A program made the position numbers and the translations under genes. This document shows, in pieces, positions 57,484-64,000 of a stretch of 64,000 bases of DNA; positions within the stretch are counted from its first letter, which is position 1; each line of letters begins with the position of its first letter. The notes under the pieces are model-generated. The model had not been told where the DNA came from, did not search any database, and saw only the letters and a program-made list of their open reading frames with translations. This DNA comes from Candidatus Omnitrophota bacterium (GTDB lineage: Bacteria; Omnitrophota; Gorgyraeia; 2-01-FULL-45-10), in assembly GCA_003142795.1 (NCBI GenBank), contig PLNN01000024.1, forward strand, positions 1,078 to 65,077, read 5' to 3'.

Positions 57484-59688
57484 ATGTCAAAGACATCAGA
57501 AATCACGGTAATGACGGTAGCATCGCTCATGGTGAGCGGCGCTAAGAAAGTGCTTAATGAAACGGACGCTCTTTTGAGCAAGGCGATAAAAGATAAGGGC
57601 GCTGATGGCAAAATAGGCTTCCCGGAAACGGCATTTTATCTGCCTTTGTCGAACGCACTTTTGGGGGCCGAAGTAAAAACCTTAGCGGATGCCAAAAAAG
57701 TATTCGATACAGCCAGGACGCTAGTGATAAAAGAAGTGCCTGCTGAAGATAAGTGGAGCAGCTTTTTAAAGGATTCTCTCAACGCCGGCGTGGCGACGAT
57801 ACTATCAGAAGAGCTGATCGTTGCGCTGAAATATATCTATGGCGAAGAGCCGCAAGCGGATTGCCCGGGATTTTTCTCGGATACGCTTTTAAGGGCGCTT
57901 GGTATACAGCTCGTTGATGGCAGGATCTCGGGGATAGCCGTTATACTCGGTAAAGCCCCGGACTCCAAAACCGCGGTAGCGATCGTGCGGGACCTGCAGA
58001 AACGGAACATCCTGACGCTTGTGGGAGGCAACGTTGACGGGGTCAGCATCATCGAACAATTGAAAGAAGGCGGCCTGAACATGGGGTTAGAGTCTTACGT
58101 CGTTCCTTACGGCAGGGATACTATCTCGGTCGTCTATGTCCTTAATTTTGCCATTCGCGCTGCATTGACGTTCGGCGGCATAAAGGCAGGAAATACGGCG
58201 GCGTGCGTGGATTATATTAAAAATAGAGTGCCGGCATTCGTAATGCTTTTAGGCGGCGTAGATGAAGTGAAGGCCGCAACAGGCGCCGGAGCCCTGGCAG
58301 CAGGCGTCCCTATTATAACAGATCTTGATCTGCCAGAAGTAAAGGTCCCGGGCGTGTGCGCCCATGAGGAGTGCCTTGTAAAGGAAAAAGACTATAAGCG
58401 CATCGTCCAGAAGGCTATCGAGACCCGCGGGATAAAGATAAAGATAGCGAAGGTGCCGATACCTGTCCCGTTCTCTGCGGCGTTCGAGGGTGAGCGCGTG
58501 AGGAAAGAGAATATGTTCGTCCAGTTCGGCGGAAAATATTCTGCCGCGTTCGAATACCTGAAGATGAAGAAGTCCGATGAGATCATGGACGGGAAGATCG
58601 AGGTCGTAGGGCCTGAGATAGAATCGATGAAAGAGGGCCAGAGTTATCCGTTCGGCATAGTGATCGAAGTGGCAGGCCGTAAGATGAGCTCTGATTTCGA
58701 GCCGATACTAGAGCGGCAGATACACCGTTTTCTGAATTATGCGATGGGCATATTCCATATGGGCCAGCGCGATATGAACTGGATGAGGATCTCCAAGGAC
58801 GCCCAAAAAGCCGGATTCAAGATAAAACATTTTGGTGATATCCTTGTCGCGAAACTTCACGATGAGTACGGCGCGATAGTCGATAAGGTTCAGGTCACTA
58901 TTTATACAAATGATAAAGACGTGCAAAAGATACTTCCCGAAGCGCGTAAAGTATTTACTTTACGGGATGAGAGGCTCGCAGGAATGACGGATGAAGCCGT
59001 AGATACGTTCTACAGCTGCACGCTCTGCCAGAGCTTCGCGCCCGATCACGTTTGTGTGGTAAGTCCGGAGAGGCTTGGCCTTTGCGGAGCGTATTCATGG
59101 CTCGACGCAAAAGCGGCGCACGAAATTACGCCGACCGGAGGGAATCAGCCGATAAAGAAGGGGAATGTTCTCGATGCCGTTAAAGGCGTCTGGGAAGGCG
59201 TAAATAAGTTCGTGTTGGATAGCTCGCACCAGAAGACAAGCCGGATGACCGTATATTCTCTTATGGACTCGCCGATGACGTCGTGCGGATGTTTCGAGTG
59301 CATAGTGGCAGTCGTTCCGGAAGCGAACGGCGTAATGATAGTGAATAGGGAATATTCGGGCGAAACGCCGGTCGGGATGAAGTTTACGACCCTGGCAAGT
59401 TCGGTAGGCGGTGGAGCCCAGACGCCGGGCTTTTTGGGTGTAGGTAGATTATACATCGTGAGCAAGAAATTCATTTCCGCCGAAGGCGGATTAAAACGTG
59501 TTGTCTGGATGCCAAAAGAGCTAAAGGAAGCACTAGCGGACAAATTGAAACAGCGATGCAAAGAGATCGGCATGCCGGACTTGTTCGACAAGATCGCTGA
59601 CGAAACGGTCGCGACAGACGCCGCGGCGCTCGTCGAATATCTGACTAAAGTCAATCATCCGGCTCTTACAATGGAGTCGCTGGTATAA
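57484..59688 (+). CDS. acsB: Acetyl-CoA synthase (bacterial-type, A-cluster subunit)
   Basis: CTLCQSFAPDHVC...LC and TSCGCFE A-cluster ligands; FPETAFYLP N-domain. Confidence 0.96.
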   Translation: MSKTSEITVMTVASLMVSGAKKVLNETDALLSKAIKDKGADGKIGFPETAFYLPLSNALLGAEVKTLADAKKVFDTARTLVIKEVPAEDKWSSFLKDSLNAGVATILSEELIVALKYIYGEEPQADCPGFFSDTLLRALGIQLVDGRISGIAVILGKAPDSKTAVAIVRDLQKRNILTLVGGNVDGVSIIEQLKEGGLNMGLESYVVPYGRDTISVVYVLNFAIRAALTFGGIKAGNTAACVDYIKNRVPAFVMLLGGVDEVKAATGAGALAAGVPIITDLDLPEVKVPGVCAHEECLVKEKDYKRIVQKAIETRGIKIKIAKVPIPVPFSAAFEGERVRKENMFVQFGGKYSAAFEYLKMKKSDEIMDGKIEVVGPEIESMKEGQSYPFGIVIEVAGRKMSSDFEPILERQIHRFLNYAMGIFHMGQRDMNWMRISKDAQKAGFKIKHFGDILVAKLHDEYGAIVDKVQVTIYTNDKDVQKILPEARKVFTLRDERLAGMTDEAVDTFYSCTLCQSFAPDHVCVVSPERLGLCGAYSWLDAKAAHEITPTGGNQPIKKGNVLDAVKGVWEGVNKFVLDSSHQKTSRMTVYSLMDSPMTSCGCFECIVAVVPEANGVMIVNREYSGETPVGMKFTTLASSVGGGAQTPGFLGVGRLYIVSKKFISAEGGLKRVVWMPKELKEALADKLKQRCKEIGMPDLFDKIADETVATDAAALVEYLTKVNHPALTMESLV

Positions 59689-59703
59689 GGGAGAGAATAA
59701 ACA

Positions 59704-61038
59704 ATGGCTTTATCAGGATTGGATATCTATAAGCTTCTGCCGAAAACGAACTGTAAAGAGTGCGGTTTCGCGACGTGCCTTGCGTTCGCAATGGCGCTCG
59801 CGCAGAAGAAGGTTTCGCTCGACAAGTGCCCGAAAGTAACTGCTACCGCGCGAGAGGCACTGGAATCAGCCTCTCAGCCTCCGATAAAACTTGTCACTAT
59901 CGGCAAAGGCGAGGATAAACTTGAGATCGGCAATGAGACGGTCATGTACCGCCATGAGCAGAAATTTTTCCATCCTGCCGGCATAGGTTGTCTTGTAGAG
60001 GATACGCTTAGCGATAACGAACTTACAGCAAGAGTCGCGAAGATAAATGCCCTCACTTTTGAGCGTGTTGGCCAAAAGATAGGCGTGAGCCTCATCTGTA
60101 TTAAAAATAGTTCCGGAGATAAAACAAAATTTGTAAACGCCGTAAAAAAGGTCGCATCGGGCTCGAACCTGAATTTAGCGCTTTACAGCGGCAACCCGGA
60201 AGCTGTTAAAGAATCGCTCACGATAATAAAGGACAGGCGTCCCCTCATCATCTGCGCTGATAAGGCGAAGACGGACGATCTGGCCAGGCTTGCAAAAGAA
60301 TTCAGCGCGCCGCTTGCTATCACGGCCGCGTCATTAGACGAAGCGGCCGAATTGACGGATAAAGTGAAGAAGCTGGGCGTAGATGAAATAATGATCGATC
60401 TCAAGACAGATGACGTTTCGAAACGCATCCAGGATTTTACATTTATGAGAAGATTGGCATTAAAGAAGAATTTCAGGCTGCTTGGATATCCTGTATTGGC
60501 CTTCACGGGATCAAACACGCCCGACCTTGAATTGGCCGAAGCGGTCTCTTATGTTGCAAAATACGCCGGGCTCGTAATTGTAAAAAATATCGAAAAAGAA
60601 TTTATATTCCCGCTCCTGGTTGTGCGGCAGGATATCTACCAGGATCCCCAGAAACCCGTTCAGGTAGAGCCGAAGATATATGAAATAGGCAAGGTTACGA
60701 AAGACTCGCCGGTCCTTGTTACGACCAATTTTTCGATAACGTATTTCACGGTGGCCTGCGAGGTAGAATCGAGCAAAGTCCCGACTTACATAATCTGCTG
60801 CGACTCGGAAGGCATGTCTGTCCTTACTGCATGGGCAGCGGAGAAGTTCACCGCGGAGAAGATAGCCAATCTCCTGAAGACGAGCGGGATAACGGAAATG
60901 GTCGGCCATCGCAAGATCGTGATACCCGGTTACGTTTCTGTGTTGAGCGGCAAACTCGAAGAAGTATCAGGCTGGAAAGTGGCGGTCGGGCCGCGAGAAG
61001 CGTCGGGAATACCGAATTACTTGAGATCATATAAATAA
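59704..61038 (+). CDS. acsC: Corrinoid iron-sulfur protein large subunit
   Basis: LPKTNCKECGFATCLAFA...CP, TTNFSITYF, SVLTAWAA, GPREAS. Confidence 0.95.
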   Translation: MALSGLDIYKLLPKTNCKECGFATCLAFAMALAQKKVSLDKCPKVTATAREALESASQPPIKLVTIGKGEDKLEIGNETVMYRHEQKFFHPAGIGCLVEDTLSDNELTARVAKINALTFERVGQKIGVSLICIKNSSGDKTKFVNAVKKVASGSNLNLALYSGNPEAVKESLTIIKDRRPLIICADKAKTDDLARLAKEFSAPLAITAASLDEAAELTDKVKKLGVDEIMIDLKTDDVSKRIQDFTFMRRLALKKNFRLLGYPVLAFTGSNTPDLELAEAVSYVAKYAGLVIVKNIEKEFIFPLLVVRQDIYQDPQKPVQVEPKIYEIGKVTKDSPVLVTTNFSITYFTVACEVESSKVPTYIICCDSEGMSVLTAWAAEKFTAEKIANLLKTSGITEMVGHRKIVIPGYVSVLSGKLEEVSGWKVAVGPREASGIPNYLRSYK

Positions 61039-61040
61039 TA

Positions 61041-61072
61041 ATTGTAGGGGAGGTTTAAACCTCCCCTACAAT
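61041..61072. repeat. Perfect 32-bp palindrome, GTAG-type REP-like
   Basis: ATTGTAGGGGAGGTTT/AAACCTCCCCTACAAT. Confidence 0.85.
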
Positions 61073-61084
61073 GTGGATAACTCT

Positions 61085-62977
61085 ATGCAAGAATTTACAG
61101 TAAAATTTACGCCTCAAAATAAATTGGTCCGCGTGCCGAAAGGGACGGACCTTTTGAGCGCGGCAATAAAGGCGGGGATCGTTCTCGCCGCATCCTGCGG
61201 TGGCGTTGGGTTGTGCGGCAAATGCAGGATCGTTGTCGAAAAAGGCACGTTCAAGAGCGAGGCGTCGCCTCTTGTCGGGGAAGAGGACAGAAAAAACGGC
61301 ATAGTTCTCGCCTGCGAGACTATTGTCGAAGGCGATCTTGAGGTGCGCATCCCGAAAGAATCGCTGGGGCTGCACGAAAAGATCAGCGGCGCTACAGAAG
61401 AATTCACCAAGGGCGTAGTGTTAGAGAAAGAAAAGTCGATAAAATATCTTCCGCTGGTGCGCAAGATCTATGTCGAGCTGACCGCCCCGACAGCCGATAA
61501 TAGCACAAGCGACCTTGAAAGAATATATGATGCGCTTGCTGAAAAGATAGATCACGTGCATATATCGACGAAAGTGGCGAGCCTTAAGCATCTGGATGAA
61601 TTGCTGCGTGACAGCGACTATAAGGTGACCGCGGTTATTGCGTATAACGATGATAGCGTCGAGATACTTACGATCGAGCCGGGCGATACTTCAAAGGCAA
61701 ATTTCGGCTTCGCGTTCGACATAGGGACGACGACGGTCGCAGGGCAGCTTATCGACCTTAACACAAAGAATATCCTCGGCACGCGCATAGCTTTCAACAA
61801 ACAGGCAAGTTACGGCAGCGATGTGATAACGCGCATAATTTACGCCTCCGAGCCCGAGGGGCTGAAAAAATTGAACGAAGCCGTCATGGAAAACATAAAT
61901 GATATAATCGGCGACCTTACGGACGCATGTAAAATAAATTTAAGCGACGTCTACGGCCTGGTGATGGCGGGTAATATGACGATGATGCATCTCTTATTAA
62001 AGATAGATCCCTCTAATATAAGGAAATCGCCGTATGTCCCGACCTCGGTCGTTTTTCAAAATATTAATGCCGCGGAACTCGGCGTGGAGACAAACCCTAA
62101 GGGAACAGTGGCCTTTGCTCCGGGAGTTACGACGTATATAGGCGGCGATATAGTCTCGGGCGTATTGGCATGCGGGCTTGCTGAAAGCGACGAAATGTCG
62201 CTACTTGCCGATATCGGCACGAACGGCGAAATAGTCCTTGGCACTAAAGACTGGATGATCGGCGCGGCCGCGAGCGCCGGGCCTGCGTTCGAGGGCAGCG
62301 GACTTTCGCACGGCATGAAGGCGGTCAGAGGCGCCATAGAAAAGGTGAGGATAAGTAAAAGCCTTGATGTCGAGATAGGCACTATAGGCAACGACGCGCC
62401 AAAGGGCATTTGCGGGTCCGGCTACATCGATCTATTGTGCCAGATGCTGAAGGCCGGCGTAATAGGTAAGGACGGCAGGATAAATCGCGATATCAAGTCA
62501 AAACGCGTCCGCAAATCGGACGTCAATTATGAGTTTGTCGTTTCATTCAAGAGCGAAAGCGCGATAGGCCGCGATATAGTCATCCAGGAGGACGATATCG
62601 AAAACCTGAAAAGATCTAAGGCTGCAATATATAGCGCGATAATAGCGCTATTGAATAAAGTCGAAAAGAACATCAACGAGGTAAATAAAATATACATTGC
62701 AGGCGGCTTTGGCAATTATCTCAACATAGAAAATTCCATATTCATAGGCCTTCTTCCCGACCTGAAAAGGGACGTGTATGAATTCATAGGCAATTCATCG
62801 CTGGCAGGCGCGAGGATGTCGCTCATCTCGCACGAGGCCTTCGAAAAGATGAGCACAATTTATAAAAATATAACGTATATGGATCTTTCGAGCGAACCGA
62901 ATTACATGGATGAGTATGTAGCGGCGCTTTTCTTCCCGCATACCGACCTGGGGAGGTTCCCATCGGCACGATCATAG
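61085..62977 (+). CDS. acsV: Reductive activator of corrinoid protein (RACo/AcsV, [2Fe-2S]-ASKHA)
   Basis: CGGVGLCGKC..LAC; DIGTTT, DIGTNGE, AGPAFEG, GICGSG, AGGFG. Confidence 0.92.
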   Translation: MQEFTVKFTPQNKLVRVPKGTDLLSAAIKAGIVLAASCGGVGLCGKCRIVVEKGTFKSEASPLVGEEDRKNGIVLACETIVEGDLEVRIPKESLGLHEKISGATEEFTKGVVLEKEKSIKYLPLVRKIYVELTAPTADNSTSDLERIYDALAEKIDHVHISTKVASLKHLDELLRDSDYKVTAVIAYNDDSVEILTIEPGDTSKANFGFAFDIGTTTVAGQLIDLNTKNILGTRIAFNKQASYGSDVITRIIYASEPEGLKKLNEAVMENINDIIGDLTDACKINLSDVYGLVMAGNMTMMHLLLKIDPSNIRKSPYVPTSVVFQNINAAELGVETNPKGTVAFAPGVTTYIGGDIVSGVLACGLAESDEMSLLADIGTNGEIVLGTKDWMIGAAASAGPAFEGSGLSHGMKAVRGAIEKVRISKSLDVEIGTIGNDAPKGICGSGYIDLLCQMLKAGVIGKDGRINRDIKSKRVRKSDVNYEFVVSFKSESAIGRDIVIQEDDIENLKRSKAAIYSAIIALLNKVEKNINEVNKIYIAGGFGNYLNIENSIFIGLLPDLKRDVYEFIGNSSLAGARMSLISHEAFEKMSTIYKNITYMDLSSEPNYMDEYVAALFFPHTDLGRFPSARS

Positions 62978-63747
62978 CAGTTAACGGTAAGGGCGGGACA
63001 GGCAAGACGACGATCGCGTCGCTTCTGGTAGCGTATTTGGCCAGTGATAAAAAAGGGAACATCCTGGCGATAGACGCGGACCCGAATTCATGCCTAGCGG
63101 AGTCGCTCGGCGTGAGTGATGCCGAGACGATCGTAGGTATCTGTGAGGAAGTCTCGAAGAACATGGACAAGATCCCGTCCGGCATGACTAAGGACAGGTA
63201 TATAGAGATGCGCGTGCAGGAAGCTCTCATAGAGCGCAATGGCTTCGATCTTCTGGTCATGGGGAGGCCGGAAGGGCCGGGCTGTTATTGTTACGTCAAT
63301 AATCTACTGCGGAACATAATAGACAAACTGACGTCAGGCTATGACTTTGTGGTCATCGACAATGCCGCGGGCATGGAGCATATCTCGCGGCGCACCATGA
63401 GGGAGATATCCAAGCTCGTTCTGGTAAGCGACTATTCCATCCCCGGCGTGCGCGCCGCCAAAAGAATATACGATCTTGCCAAAGAAATAGGCATAAAGAT
63501 CACAGACGCATATTTGATAGTGAATAAAGTATCGGGGCCGATAGATGCGCTGAAAAACGATATCAAAGATACGGGATTGAAGGATGCCGGCGGCCTGCCT
63601 TACAACGAAGAGATCGTTAAGTGGAACATCTCTAATCGTTCCATATTCGAGTTAAAAGATAAGGCAGCCTGGTCTGGCGTGAAAGAAATATTCAATAATC
63701 TTATAGGAGAGCGATATGCCGGTAGAGTTTGTAAAAGAAAAATATAA
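62962..63747 (+). CDS. cooC: CooC/AcsF nickel-insertion ATPase; probable non-canonical ATC start
   Basis: IAVNGKGGTGKTT P-loop lies upstream of the track start; IDADP, GPGCYC, DNAAGMEH. Confidence 0.88.
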   Translation: MGTIIAVNGKGGTGKTTIASLLVAYLASDKKGNILAIDADPNSCLAESLGVSDAETIVGICEEVSKNMDKIPSGMTKDRYIEMRVQEALIERNGFDLLVMGRPEGPGCYCYVNNLLRNIIDKLTSGYDFVVIDNAAGMEHISRRTMREISKLVLVSDYSIPGVRAAKRIYDLAKEIGIKITDAYLIVNKVSGPIDALKNDIKDTGLKDAGGLPYNEEIVKWNISNRSIFELKDKAAWSGVKEIFNNLIGERYAGRVCKRKI

Positions 63748-64000
63748 CGGGGCAATAAATACGATCGAGATCGGAAACGGCGCGAAGTGCGTTAAAATAG
63801 GCGGTGAGACCACCCTGCCATTCCTGTTCGAAGAAGGAGCGATGCCGAATCAACCGGTCATTGCGCTCGAGGTGCTCGATACGGAATCGCCTGACCAGGC
63901 CATCGCATGCGGCGGCCGTCTATTGTGCGTGCGCCTTGCAAGCATCCATCCGGATAATGGGAACAGGCCTGCGGATGAGGTTATCGCGTCGCTTGGGTTG
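63716..64000 (+). CDS. acsD: Corrinoid iron-sulfur protein small subunit, truncated by window edge (not in ORF track)
   Basis: Manual translation MPVEFVKEKYNGAINTIEIG...IGGETTLPFLFEEG.MPNQPVIALEVLD; AGGAG RBS. Confidence 0.85.
   Translation, partial: MPVEFVKEKYNGAINTIEIGNGAKCVKIGGETTLPFLFEEGAMPNQPVIALEVLDTESPDQAIACGGRLLCVRLASIHPDNGNRPADEVIASLGL

Noticed and set aside
61072-61080. DnaA box TGTGGATAA suggesting oriC
   Set aside because: Single box inside an operon, with no box cluster or AT-rich unwinding region.

Overview
64 kb of a bacterial chromosome, almost entirely + strand. Gene content (Wood-Ljungdahl genes, rpsP-trmD-rplS without rimM, TIGR04073-type protein, PilZ, TolC/RND) suggests an anaerobic diderm of the PVC group, plausibly Ca. 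Omnitrophota; this is inference. About 2.1-8.3 kb is an AT-richer accessory block of co-oriented short genes: an FRG protein, a PD-(D/E)xK-like protein, a RelBE-type TA pair and small secreted or membrane proteins. It is centred on a REP-associated tyrosine (Y1/HUH) transposase, and most gene junctions in it carry a GGGGAC-cored palindrome, giving an integron-like cassette layout with no integrase. 8.3-15.3 kb holds small miscellaneous genes. 15.4-53.3 kb is housekeeping: fusA2, yebC-ruvCAB-queH-spoIID-queA-tgt-yajC-secDF, recJ, amrS, marR-tolC-RND, polA-glgA-coaE-rho-rpmE-prfA-prmC-murA-rpsP-trmD-rplS-rnhB. 53.4-64 kb is a Wood-Ljungdahl operon (fhs-fchA-folD-metF-acsB-acsC-RACo-cooC-acsD, cut by the window edge). 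A second family of 170-200 bp fold-back elements with AATTTT(T)CG...YGAAAAATTT ends occurs at least four times; two copies start exactly at stop codons. All calls are by eye from motifs; no searches were run.
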